DNA of 32,000 nt, from contig JAFMAD010000004.1 in the NCBI GenBank assembly GCA_029785195.1, positions 69,329 through 101,328 of the forward strand, given 5' to 3'. Shown here piece after piece: positions 15,924 through 24,366 of this stretch. The position numbers and the translations under genes were made by a program. The notes beneath the pieces were generated by a model. The model saw only the letters and a program-made list of their open reading frames with translations. It did not search any database and was not told the DNA's origin. Positions within the stretch are counted from its first letter, which is position 1. Every line of letters starts with the position of its first letter. The DNA comes from Nitrososphaerota archaeon. Lineage in GTDB: Archaea; Thermoproteota; Nitrososphaeria; Nitrososphaerales; Gagatemarchaeaceae.

Positions 15924-16901
15924 TCAACCCCCTATGGTCAACTCCTTCAGGAGGCTGGAGAGGTCCACCGCCGACTTCTTGTTCTGAAGCTGGATCTGTT
16001 GGGTGGCGGGGGGTTGGTCGAGGTAGAAGGGGACCCTGCGCATTATCCTGTCTTCGTAGGTGGGGACGTTCTCGTTCTGGTAGAAGACGCCGACGGGTAT
16101 CCTGTCCCCCCATTCATTGGATATCCTGATTACTTCCAGCGTCTTCTTGTCCACGTCTTCGTTTGTCATGTCTGTCGTGATCAACGGGTTGTAGCCTGTC
16201 TTCTCGATGTCGTAGACCCGTGGTACCGGCCTGTGAGTAGACGGGTCGGGCCTATCCTCCCCGCTGTAGAAGGCCTTGGTCTCGATGTCGTTGTACGTGG
16301 GGCAGGGCTGAAGGACGTCCACAAGGGCTAAGCCTCGGTGGGCGACTGCTCGTTTGATTGTGTCCTTCAGGTGCCTGTTGTCGAAGGCGTAACTGCGAGC
16401 GATGAAAGTGTACCCCGCCGCGAGAGCGAGCATTATGGGGTTGACGGCGCTGTTTATGTTCGGCTGGGGGAGGGATTTCGTCTGCTCGCCTAGCTTCTGG
16501 GTCGGAGAGGCCTGCCCCTTGGTGAGCCCGTAGACTCCGTTGTCGTGGACGATGTACGTCATGTCCACATTCCGCCTCCCCGAATGAACGAAGTGCCCCG
16601 CCCCGATGCCGTAGCCGTCCCCGTCCCCGCTAATGGCGATGACCTCCAACCCGGGGTTGGCGAGCTTCGCGCCCTGCGCGAAGGGGAGCGTCCTCCCATG
16701 AAGTGTGTGAATCCCGAAGGCGTTGGTCCAGTGGACGATCTTGCCATGGCAGCCTATCCCTGAGAAGATGACGACCCTGTGTATGTCCACGTTCATCTCA
16801 GTCAGCGCCATCTGAAGCGACGCCTCGATCCCGAAGTCACCGCAGCCGCTGCACCAGTCGTTGTGTAGGTCCGTCCGGACGTCGGCCAGCTTAAGCGCCA
16901 T
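15924..16901 (-). CDS. 2-oxoacid:ferredoxin oxidoreductase, beta (TPP-binding) subunit
   Basis: Track ORF. WCSGCGDFGI and ISGDGDGYGIGAGHFVHSGRRN (the TPP GDG motif). It overlaps the alpha subunit stop by 11 nt. Confidence 0.93.
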   Translation of the reverse strand: MALKLADVRTDLHNDWCSGCGDFGIEASLQMALTEMNVDIHRVVIFSGIGCHGKIVHWTNAFGIHTLHGRTLPFAQGAKLANPGLEVIAISGDGDGYGIGAGHFVHSGRRNVDMTYIVHDNGVYGLTKGQASPTQKLGEQTKSLPQPNINSAVNPIMLALAAGYTFIARSYAFDNRHLKDTIKRAVAHRGLALVDVLQPCPTYNDIETKAFYSGEDRPDPSTHRPVPRVYDIEKTGYNPLITTDMTNEDVDKKTLEVIRISNEWGDRIPVGVFYQNENVPTYEDRIMRRVPFYLDQPPATQQIQLQNKKSAVDLSSLLKELTIGG

Positions 16902-18861
16902 GTGTGAGGATCACCCTTTCGTTAGCTTCAGGTCTTGCCACGATCTGTCTAACCGAATCATAGATTTCGTTACACGATATCGGCCGTCCGTTGAACTTTA
17001 CAACCCTGTGCTTGATGTTGATCTGTGTCTTCTCCGCTATGACGGCCGCCATCTGGGCCGAATAATTCTGCTCTATGTCTATGACCAGCTTCGCCTCTGA
17101 CAGCCTCTCGCGCACCGCCTGCGCGGGGAACGGGCTTGCGAGCCTGATCTGGAGGAACTCTGCCTTGATCCCCCTCTTCTCCAGCAGTTCCATCCCTTCG
17201 AGGATGGCGCCCTTCGACGACCCCCAACTGACGAGGGTGACGTCAGGACGCCCCGCGGCAGCGTAGAAGCCGACCTTCTCGGTCACAGGTATCTCCCTGT
17301 CTGCGGTTTCCAACTTCGACATCCTCTTCTTCATCATCCTTATCCTGTTCTCGGAGTTCTCGTTTATGTGGCCGAGCTCGTCGTGCTCGTCTCCGGTATT
17401 CCAGAACCTGTACCCCTTGAGACCCAACACTGCCCTCGGCGAGATACCATCCTCGGCGGGCGCGAACCTCCTGTATTCCCCGTCCTTGGGCGCACCACCG
17501 CCGCTAGTCAGGATAAGCTTCCCCCTCTCGATGTCTACCAAGTTCGGGTCGGGGGGCAGTATCGTCATGTTGCTGTTGGCGAGCCCCTTGTCGACCAAGT
17601 GGATGACTGGGAGCTGATACCTCTCCGCGTAGTTCATGGCCCTGAAGGCGTCGTAGAAGCACTCCTCCATGTCCCCCGAGCAGAGGACCATCCGCGGAAA
17701 CTCCCCGTGAGAGGCGTTCAGGACGAACTTCAGGTCGCCCTGCTCCGTCCTGGTCGGCATGCCGGTCGATGGTCCGCCTCTCTGGTACAAGGTAACCACC
17801 ACAGGCACTTCGTTCATCCCCGCCCAGCCCATTCCTTCGACCATCAGGGAGAAACCTGGCCCGGAGGTAGAGGTGGCCGCCCTGGTACCGGCGAGCGCCC
17901 CGCCTATGGCCATGGTGACGGCTGCGATTTCGTCTTCCGTCTGCACGACCACGATCGAGCCTTTGCCGTCGTTGGACTCCCCGCCTAGCAGGTCGAAATT
18001 CTCATGGGCTTCGAGGAATTCGCTCTCGTCGCTCGCCGGGGTGATGGGATAGTAGGTCTGCAGCCTGCAGCCCCCGGCCATCTTCCCCAGGGCGACGGCC
18101 TGGTTCCCCACCACGAACATCCTGGGTTTGTTCTGGATGGGAGCGAGTCTGATAGGAAGGCCTCCCTCGCCGAACTTCTCTTTGGCGAACTCGTAGGCCC
18201 TATCTACCCCGGCCAGGTTCATTTCTACAAGCTTCTGCTTCCTTGAAGCTGCGAAGGCCTGGCGCACCGATTCCTCCATGTAGCGCCTGTCGAGACCTAA
18301 CAGAGAAAGAGAGACGGAGACGGCGAGGACGTTCACAATCCTGTTGAGTCGAGTGAGCTCTGACGTCTCCAGGCGCTTGGCAATCTCTTGGATCAGGGCG
18401 CCGTACGGGATGGCGAAGAGCTTGACCCCCCTCCCTTTCGCCTCCTCCAGAATCGCGTCGACGTCCGAACCGAGTCCCTCCTGGGCGAGCCTGGCCTGAA
18501 TCTGCCTCACCTCGTCCTTGTAGAGCGTATCGACCTTCTCGATGGGCGTCTGGGAGACCGCAGGGTCGTAGATTATCCCGCCATCCGGATTGACTGCGTC
18601 TGCGTGCCTGACTACGGTTTCAGCGTCGAAAGTCGCGAGAAGGTCCACCCCCTCGACCTTGGACCTTATCTGCCGGCCGCTCGTTCTGATCTCGAAGTAG
18701 CTGTGCAGGCCCTTGATGTTCGAGTAGTACTCCCTAGTCCCGTAAACCCAGAGGCCCGCGAGGGCGCACGACCTGGCGAACGAACTGGCTGAGAGGTCGA
18801 CCCCACTCCCCTGGGCCCCCCCGATCATCCAATTGAGTTCGTTCACAGTCTTCGAGCTCAT
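16891..18861 (-). CDS. 2-oxoacid:ferredoxin oxidoreductase, alpha subunit (fused gamma-alpha type of two-subunit archaeal OFORs)
   Basis: Track ORF, 656 aa. The N-terminus IGGAQGSGVDLSASSFARS looks like a gamma-domain. The central YYPITPASD and GGALAGTRAATSTSGPGFSLM are typical of alpha subunits. Confidence 0.93.
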   Translation of the reverse strand: MSSKTVNELNWMIGGAQGSGVDLSASSFARSCALAGLWVYGTREYYSNIKGLHSYFEIRTSGRQIRSKVEGVDLLATFDAETVVRHADAVNPDGGIIYDPAVSQTPIEKVDTLYKDEVRQIQARLAQEGLGSDVDAILEEAKGRGVKLFAIPYGALIQEIAKRLETSELTRLNRIVNVLAVSVSLSLLGLDRRYMEESVRQAFAASRKQKLVEMNLAGVDRAYEFAKEKFGEGGLPIRLAPIQNKPRMFVVGNQAVALGKMAGGCRLQTYYPITPASDESEFLEAHENFDLLGGESNDGKGSIVVVQTEDEIAAVTMAIGGALAGTRAATSTSGPGFSLMVEGMGWAGMNEVPVVVTLYQRGGPSTGMPTRTEQGDLKFVLNASHGEFPRMVLCSGDMEECFYDAFRAMNYAERYQLPVIHLVDKGLANSNMTILPPDPNLVDIERGKLILTSGGGAPKDGEYRRFAPAEDGISPRAVLGLKGYRFWNTGDEHDELGHINENSENRIRMMKKRMSKLETADREIPVTEKVGFYAAAGRPDVTLVSWGSSKGAILEGMELLEKRGIKAEFLQIRLASPFPAQAVRERLSEAKLVIDIEQNYSAQMAAVIAEKTQINIKHRVVKFNGRPISCNEIYDSVRQIVARPEANERVILTHGA

Positions 18862-18865
18862 CCTT

Positions 18866-19006
18866 CTATCCTCCCGTCGCCATGTCTCGTCCTATGGCGC
18901 AGTCGCACCCCTCGACCTGGCCGCACGACGGACAAGCGCACCTGCACTGGTCGATGGGGTCCTGGCAGCCGGGACAGACGTCCAAGCGCGTTTCGTCAGC
19001 AACCAA
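18866..19006 (-). CDS. 46-aa Cys-rich mini-protein (8 Cys), a possible metal-binding accessory of the OFOR operon
   Basis: Not in the track (under 60 aa). My translation from TTG 19006 reads (M)VADETRLDVCPGCQDPIDQCRCACPSCGQVEGCDCAIGRDMATGG*. Its last codons (GGA GGA TAG) supply a GGAGGA Shine-Dalgarno-like box 5-10 nt upstream of the OFOR alpha ATG (18861). It fills the gap between the ferredoxin and OFOR genes. Confidence 0.4.
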   Translation of the reverse strand: MVADETRLDVCPGCQDPIDQCRCACPSCGQVEGCDCAIGRDMATGG

Positions 19007-19032
19007 TTAGTCTATTCACACCTCTAATCGCT

Positions 19033-19461
19033 TTAGGGCTGGGTGATCTTGATGGCTTGGGTTGGACAGCTGGTTTCACACGCCATGCAGAAGATGCAGT
19101 CCGGCTCCCTTATCGGTTCTGACTTATCGGTCCGGTAGCTTTTCCACTCGTCCGTGTTCTGTTCGATTATCTTGTCCTTCCCCGTCCCTGCCTGGCCGGG
19201 GGTGAGGGCCCATTCGAAGACGAAGACGGGACAGACATCCATGCATACTCCGTCGGCGATGCACGTCTCCCAGTCCACCGCCACCTGACTGCCATGTATC
19301 CCCTGGGTGGTGGGATAGGGGCTGCCATCGCCGCTCGTCCTCGAAAGCCCCTGCGCCCTGACCTTGTGGCCGTTATGCTCACCGGTGATCGGGAACTCGT
19401 CTGGCTTTGAGAGGAAATCAGGGTCGATGGGTTTCGTCTTGTAATCTACTGGTCTTACCAT
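19033..19461 (-). CDS. Zinc-containing dicluster ferredoxin (Sulfolobus/Thermoplasma type, with N-terminal extension)
   Basis: Track ORF. ITGEHNGHKV...GIHGSQVAVDWETCIADGVCMDVCPVFVFEW and CIFCMACETSCPTQAIKI. The pair of cluster motifs plus the His-rich N-terminal extension match the zinc ferredoxin architecture. Confidence 0.88.
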   Translation of the reverse strand: MVRPVDYKTKPIDPDFLSKPDEFPITGEHNGHKVRAQGLSRTSGDGSPYPTTQGIHGSQVAVDWETCIADGVCMDVCPVFVFEWALTPGQAGTGKDKIIEQNTDEWKSYRTDKSEPIREPDCIFCMACETSCPTQAIKITQP

Positions 19462-19473
19462 GCTCCTCTCCCC

Positions 19474-19800
19474 TCATCTCGAATCCGAAAGCGCTCGGCT
19501 TACGTTTCCCAGCGACTGCAAGATTGCTTTCTTCTGGTGGCTCTCTGTGAAACTCGTCTCTCCGAATCGCCTTCCCATCGCGCCGTAGGCGAGGCGGTAT
19601 CTGCCCCCGTAGTAGGTAGTGAGGTTGTTTTCCACCGACTCGAACAACGACTTTATGTCTCGCGGTGAGACTCTGTATGTCGACATGAGCTTGTTCACGC
19701 ATCGACTCAGGCTGTGCTCGTCTGTCCCTCCGTAGAGATACGAAATGACCTGCCCCTCAAGCCATTTCGTCGCGCTCTTCGCATCATGGATGCCCTGCAC
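19474..19800 (-). CDS. Hypothetical protein (108 aa)
   Basis: Track ORF with a GTG start. It sits 12 nt upstream of the ferredoxin gene on the same strand. I recognised no motif. Confidence 0.5.
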   Translation of the reverse strand: MQGIHDAKSATKWLEGQVISYLYGGTDEHSLSRCVNKLMSTYRVSPRDIKSLFESVENNLTTYYGGRYRLAYGAMGRRFGETSFTESHQKKAILQSLGNVSRALSDSR

Positions 19801-19837
19801 GGCCCAAGGTATGTCCGGAGCAGATATGGGAATTTTA

Positions 19838-19885
19838 CCTAATCAGAATTAGGCATATTCGGCCTTCGTGTCAGGCTTTAAGTTT
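19838..19885. promoter_or_regulatory. Divergent control region: inverted repeat CCTAAT-caga-ATTAGG (19838-19853) and TATA-like CTTTAAGTTT (19876-19885)
   Basis: Read directly. The TATA-like box is centred about 29 nt upstream of the TTG start of the HTH_10 regulator gene (19909), which suggests a leaderless or short-leader transcript. The 6-bp arms are perfect. Confidence 0.3.
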
Positions 19886-19908
19886 CGGAAGGCTGAAGGC
19901 ATTGAGGC

Positions 19909-20556
19909 TTGGATCTAATCGAGGCCACGATTCTTGTAGAGGGTCACCAGAAGTGGATCGACGCGGTGACGGGACGGTACGGAGCGAGGTTGAGGCTGCT
20001 GAACTCCAAGGGGACGCGGAGGCGAGACGAGATACTCGAGCTGTTCGAGATTACAGTCGACCGGAAGCTGGAAAATCGGCTACTCAGGTACCTTCGGAAC
20101 AGTCCGGACATATCTGAGCTCGAGATAACGAATTCGAGCCACGGCAGACTTGTCGGCATAGTGCGAGCGAAAGGAGTGGTCATGAGGTGCGTGGCGGACT
20201 CGGACTGCTTCCTTGTTTACGCATCGAACGGGTCGGGCAGGGAGATCGCGTGGAGGGTGCTTGGGACGAAACATTCCTTGAGAGAGCTCATGGCGAGGTT
20301 AAGGAGGCTGAGGGTCGATTTTAGGGTGAGCGACATTTCAGAGGTGAAGAGGACGAGGGCGCTTACCACGCGACAGGAATGGCTCATCCGCTCTGCCTAC
20401 GAAAACGGATACTTCGACTACCCAAAGAGAATCCGCATCGGACCCCTAGCAAGAATGATGGATGTCGCGCCTCCCACGCTTTACGAGTCGCTGCGGAAGA
20501 CGCAGAAGAAGCTGTTGGAAGAGCACTTCAGAGGAGGCCCTCCCCTAGGCATGTGA
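19909..20556 (+). CDS. HTH_10 (Bat/DmsR-like) archaeal transcriptional regulator
   Basis: Track ORF. The C-terminal LTTRQEWLIRSAYENGYFDYPKRIRIGPLARMMDVAPPTLYESLRKTQKKLLEEHF is the canonical HTH_10 module. Confidence 0.85.
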   Translation: MDLIEATILVEGHQKWIDAVTGRYGARLRLLNSKGTRRRDEILELFEITVDRKLENRLLRYLRNSPDISELEITNSSHGRLVGIVRAKGVVMRCVADSDCFLVYASNGSGREIAWRVLGTKHSLRELMARLRRLRVDFRVSDISEVKRTRALTTRQEWLIRSAYENGYFDYPKRIRIGPLARMMDVAPPTLYESLRKTQKKLLEEHFRGGPPLGM

Positions 20557-20588
20557 GGAGCCCGCTTCGGAGAGGGACGCCACAAGCG

Positions 20589-22265
20589 CTACGGCGAAGG
20601 GACGTAAACGCTCACCGCCACATCCGTCCGGTCTCCGAAGAAATTCCTGCAGTTTCTGTCCCCGTATTTGTCCCTGAAGATGTCCATCACCTGCTTCACC
20701 TTCTCCTTCTCCCGAGTGGACTGCGCAGTGCCAAGGTAGACGTGCCCGGCTATTGTGATCTTCACGCCCGGGTTCTTCGAGACGTTCCTGTACCACCTTG
20801 TCGAGGAGCCGTTGACGGGCAGGAGATGGATTAAGCCATCCGCAACGACGAACCAGACCGGGAACGTCACCTCTCTGTTTGTCGTTCTAGTGGAGACTGT
20901 GAGCTGCCCTTCCGCAATCCCCCGAGACTCAGCGAGGCTGAACTTCCTTGACACGCTGCTCTGCGCAGCCGCCTGTTTCGGCCTTCCTATCCCTCGGATC
21001 ATCACCAGGAACCACCCCATCGCCACCAGCACCAGGGGGCCAGACACGGACTCCCAGAGGGGTGGGGCTCGCGCTGTCAGTGTCTGGAAATCACCGACGA
21101 TTCTGACCAGTACCCCGGCGTTCAGGATGACGATGGGACCGAACGACAGTCCCGTAACCGGCCCCTTGTGTCCCAAGAGTCCGGGCAGGAGCATAGGCGC
21201 GAAACAGGTTATGGTTGACCCCACGAACCCGATGGCTATGGCGTGGATGAAAGAGTCCTTGACAAAGAAGGTGCCCGTCCCGGTCGCCAGCCAGACCATC
21301 CCCATCAGCGACCCGAACACCAGCCACCCGGAAGCCAGGAGCATGCAGACCTCGTTGTATCTCATGATTCTGAAGTGCATCTTGGTCATCGCGGGTCTGT
21401 ACATCAGCGGGTGCGCCAGCTCCAGGATCTTGATGGACACCAGCTGGCTCAGGGCCGCACCGAGGAGGAGGACCGCTCCGAGCAGTGAGAAGAGGTTGCT
21501 CCTCGTCACCACCCCCGTGAACATGCCGCCTATGCCCAGCCCCTGCAGGACCCAGCACAGGTTCGCGACCTGCTTCCTGTAGTTGCACTGCCTGAAGCTG
21601 ACCGACCTGATTTCGACCGCATAGATCATGGAACCGGCGAACCCAACGAGCGCGAGATAGACCATCTGCGGAGAGAACGTCCCGCCCGGGAGCGGGTATC
21701 CCGCCGATCCGGCGACCAGGAGGAGCGATATCATGACGAGAGAAATCGACGACAGCATGATCAGAGGATTGGCCTCTGGGAAGCCTCCTGAGGGCCTCGT
21801 GACCAGGATGACCACCTGTGAGAGAGAGATCGCCGAGCCAGCGAGCATGAGCAGGGCGCCGGCCGTCACGTACTGAAACGAGCCGAGTGGAAGGATAGAG
21901 TAGAGCAGAAAGAAGGCATTGGCTGCGGTGATCGAGGCATAGGCGGCATACCCGAGGACCAGCGAAGGGAGTCTCCCCACCTTGAAGCGGGGCAGGAGGG
22001 AGTAGTCGACGCCCATGACGAAGAGCGCGATGAAGCCATAGATCTGCAGGAAGGGGTGGCTGGGAAACAGGCTGGCTCCTGTTTCGATGGGCAGCCCGGA
22101 CAGCTGGCCCAAGAAAAGGGCGCCGACCGTGCTGCCGATGAACGCGAACAGTACTCCGGTCGAAACTGAGAGGAGAGTGAGCGTCCGCTCTGGCCTCTGC
22201 GCGGCTTTCGGCTGTGTGGAGGGGACAGATCCCTGGCCGGTGCCTGCCTGACTCCGATTCAACAT
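20589..22265 (-). CDS. Fusion protein: polytopic (about 12 TM) NnrS-like membrane domain plus a C-terminal PNPOx/FDOR-like (deazaflavin-nitroreductase-type) split-barrel domain
   Basis: Track ORF, 558 aa. The hydrophobic N-terminal 430 aa includes SHPFLQIYGFIALFVMG, compare NnrS H.HemlFGf. The C-terminal FPVWFVVADGLIHLLPVNGSSTRWYRNVSKNPGVKITIAG matches the W(Y)RN..(N)P.V motif of F420H2/flavin-binding DUF385-type domains. Confidence 0.8.
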   Translation of the reverse strand: MLNRSQAGTGQGSVPSTQPKAAQRPERTLTLLSVSTGVLFAFIGSTVGALFLGQLSGLPIETGASLFPSHPFLQIYGFIALFVMGVDYSLLPRFKVGRLPSLVLGYAAYASITAANAFFLLYSILPLGSFQYVTAGALLMLAGSAISLSQVVILVTRPSGGFPEANPLIMLSSISLVMISLLLVAGSAGYPLPGGTFSPQMVYLALVGFAGSMIYAVEIRSVSFRQCNYRKQVANLCWVLQGLGIGGMFTGVVTRSNLFSLLGAVLLLGAALSQLVSIKILELAHPLMYRPAMTKMHFRIMRYNEVCMLLASGWLVFGSLMGMVWLATGTGTFFVKDSFIHAIAIGFVGSTITCFAPMLLPGLLGHKGPVTGLSFGPIVILNAGVLVRIVGDFQTLTARAPPLWESVSGPLVLVAMGWFLVMIRGIGRPKQAAAQSSVSRKFSLAESRGIAEGQLTVSTRTTNREVTFPVWFVVADGLIHLLPVNGSSTRWYRNVSKNPGVKITIAGHVYLGTAQSTREKEKVKQVMDIFRDKYGDRNCRNFFGDRTDVAVSVYVPSP

Positions 22266-22275
22266 GGATGTCCCC

Positions 22276-22587
22276 TCAGGTCCCGAGCTCTGTGGCGGGC
22301 TTACTGTGCTTTCCGTCGCCCTCCTTCTGCATCATTTCGCAGTCGGCCCTCGAAGGCAGGGAAACCCTGAAGGCGAATCTTTTCGACGCGTTCGCGTAGT
22401 CTTCCAGCGAATAGGCGTGGCTCCCAACACGCCCTCGCATGAGCCAGTAGTGGAAGGTGCAGTACTCCAGCTGCGTCGCGCGGTACCACTCCGACGGGGT
22501 GACGACGCCAGAAGCCGCGCACAGGGAACAGAATCTCGGCTGCCTAGCCTTTGGCCCTGAATGTCGAGGGTCGGCCATAAGGAGCAC
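22276..22587 (-). CDS. Hypothetical small protein (103 aa) with a CxxC...CxxH pattern
   Basis: Of several overlapping track ORFs, this one fits snugly between neighbouring minus-strand genes (4 nt and 11 nt spacers). FCSLCAASG...EYCTFHYW. Confidence 0.4.
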   Translation of the reverse strand: MLLMADPRHSGPKARQPRFCSLCAASGVVTPSEWYRATQLEYCTFHYWLMRGRVGSHAYSLEDYANASKRFAFRVSLPSRADCEMMQKEGDGKHSKPATELGT

Positions 22588-22590
22588 CCC

Positions 22591-23010
22591 TCAACCCGTC
22601 GCGAGCGGGAAAACCTTCTCTTCTTCTGCAGGCTGGTGCTCGCGCAGGACGGCGGCGAGCTCTTCAAGGGCCGCTTGAAATTCTATGAAGTTCCCCAAAC
22701 GAAGGGAAAGCTCCATCTTGCCGAGCGAGGATGTCACGTCGTGATGCTGCTGCATTATGGAGCTTATCGCCGCATCGAATAGGTTCTTTCGCATGAGTTC
22801 GGGATAGACTTCGAATTCCTCCACCAGCATGTGATCGGTCAGGCTGTCCTGCAACCGAATGAAGAGCTCTTTGACCAAGTCGGCTTCGTCTGCCTGGACC
22901 TTTGCTTCGAGTCCGTCGATGTCGGACGCGAACTTCTTGTGTTCCCTTTCCAGTTGACTAACCAGCGCACGGAGTTCCTGCAGATGTTCTATCGGCTCGA
23001 CGACGCTCAA
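22591..23010 (-). CDS. Hemerythrin-like (HHE cation-binding) domain protein
   Basis: Track ORF. DHMLVEEFEVYPEL, MQQHHDVTSSL and LREHQPAEEEKVFPL are H...E / H..EE..(V/L)FP repeats typical of hemerythrin-like domains. Confidence 0.78.
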   Translation of the reverse strand: MSVVEPIEHLQELRALVSQLEREHKKFASDIDGLEAKVQADEADLVKELFIRLQDSLTDHMLVEEFEVYPELMRKNLFDAAISSIMQQHHDVTSSLGKMELSLRLGNFIEFQAALEELAAVLREHQPAEEEKVFPLATG

Positions 23011-23513
23011 GAGACCTTCGCCTTTGCCTTGCCGCTCGCGAACGCTCCGACCAGCATGGCGGCCGGGTAGAGAACCTCTTCTTCCACTTTGGCGTGGTGC
23101 TCGAGTTCGTCCATCGCCGCTACAACGCCGCCTTTGCCTTCCTTCCTTGCCGCCGTCCGAACGCGCTCGATGAGCTTCTTCACCTGTGCATGTTCCTTTA
23201 GCATCATCGGATAGTCTGACGAGAACCTCTCGTGAAGAGATATCGCTTCGGAATAATCACGTATCGCCTTCCCTTCGGAGAGCGGCCTTAGGGCTCCGAG
23301 AAGGGGCATCACAGCTTCCTCCTCCTTTTCGAAGTGCGGCTCAAGGACCGCCAAAAGCTCGTTGACGGCTTTTCCTGTCTTGCCTCCCTCCGACTCCAGT
23401 TCCACGAGTTCGCGGAAAAGCCCGCGGTGTTCCTCCGCAAGGGAACTCGGAGCTTGCAAACCACTCATGAGGACAGAAGGGAAGGGGGTGGAGTTAGCGT
23501 TAACCCCAAACAA
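23007..23513 (-). CDS. Hemerythrin-like (HHE cation-binding) domain protein
   Basis: Track ORF. EEHRGLFRELVELE, LEPHFEKEEEAVMPLL, LKEHAQVKKLIE and LEHHAKVEEEVLYP. It overlaps the downstream paralogue by 4 nt. Confidence 0.8.
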   Translation of the reverse strand: MFGVNANSTPFPSVLMSGLQAPSSLAEEHRGLFRELVELESEGGKTGKAVNELLAVLEPHFEKEEEAVMPLLGALRPLSEGKAIRDYSEAISLHERFSSDYPMMLKEHAQVKKLIERVRTAARKEGKGGVVAAMDELEHHAKVEEEVLYPAAMLVGAFASGKAKAKVS

Positions 23514-23633
23514 TTATGGCATCAGAGCTGCTATTGGCTTACCCTATGGCTGGCCCCCGGAAGGGGGTTTGTCAACCGGAAGCATTGCCGACCCCACGAT
23601 GGCCCGCGGCAGGCGGAGCCGAAAGCTGAGACG

Positions 23634-24260
23634 TCATTCCCTGGCGGTGCCGAAGTGGTTCGAGATGATGTTCTTCTCCGCTCTCCTGAGGATTTCGGAG
23701 AGGGTTCCAGGCGTTATTCCAAGCTTTTCCGCCAGTTCTTCAAGATGCATCCTCTTCGGGAATTCAAAGTATCCGAGGTCAAGGGCCACCCTCAGGATCT
23801 CCTCCTGCCTCGCGGTAATCTCCTTCTTCTGCGCATGGCGCGAAACCTCAAGGATATCGTACTTGACCCCGTTGGCATCGAGCCTCCCGCAGAGCTTTTT
23901 GAGGTCGGTGTCGCCGCCGATGAAAAGCCTCCACTCCATCTTCCCGTCATCCCTGGTGTTTGCCGAGATGAGAAAGCAGTTCAGTCCGGCGAAGGTGGAG
24001 CAGATGGGGCAACTGTGTGTAGAGACCATGCCGATTACCCTGTTCCTGTCGACCTTCGTCATGTCGGCCGAGAGGACCCCCGCCGTCGCCCTCAGGTGAG
24101 AAAGTATCTCCTCTGGTGAAAGGCTCTCCGACGAGAGCTCCACGAAGTCTTCCACGACTCCCTTCCTTTCCTTTACGTCGACTATCTTGACGCGGGCAGA
24201 CTCGGCCAGACTCCCTACCCAGTTCGCCGGGTTCTGGATTGCCAACCGGACCTCTATCAT
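23634..24260 (-). CDS. HTH_10 (Bat/DmsR-like) archaeal transcriptional regulator
   Basis: Track ORF. ITARQEEILRVALDLGYFEFPKRMHLEELAEKLGITPGTLSEILRRAEKNIISNHF. A TATA-like AAATATA on the minus strand lies roughly 20 nt upstream of the ATG. Confidence 0.85.
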   Translation of the reverse strand: MIEVRLAIQNPANWVGSLAESARVKIVDVKERKGVVEDFVELSSESLSPEEILSHLRATAGVLSADMTKVDRNRVIGMVSTHSCPICSTFAGLNCFLISANTRDDGKMEWRLFIGGDTDLKKLCGRLDANGVKYDILEVSRHAQKKEITARQEEILRVALDLGYFEFPKRMHLEELAEKLGITPGTLSEILRRAEKNIISNHFGTARE

Positions 24261-24366
24261 TCCAAAAGAGGAGGCATCATGTCCTATATTTCAGGTTGAA
24301 TCCTAACCAGAGGAAAACTTTCGGTGGCCCGGAATCGTGGGAAGGCAATCCACAGCGACCACTACC

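Noticed and set aside
15892-16113. N-terminal 74-aa extension of the reductase ORF (track 14668..16113)
   Set aside because: The extension is R/P/G-rich, overlaps the 3' end of the OFOR beta gene by 190 nt, and precedes the FAD GxGxxG motif that normally sits at the extreme N-terminus. The in-frame TTG at 15891 gives a family-typical length of about 407 aa.
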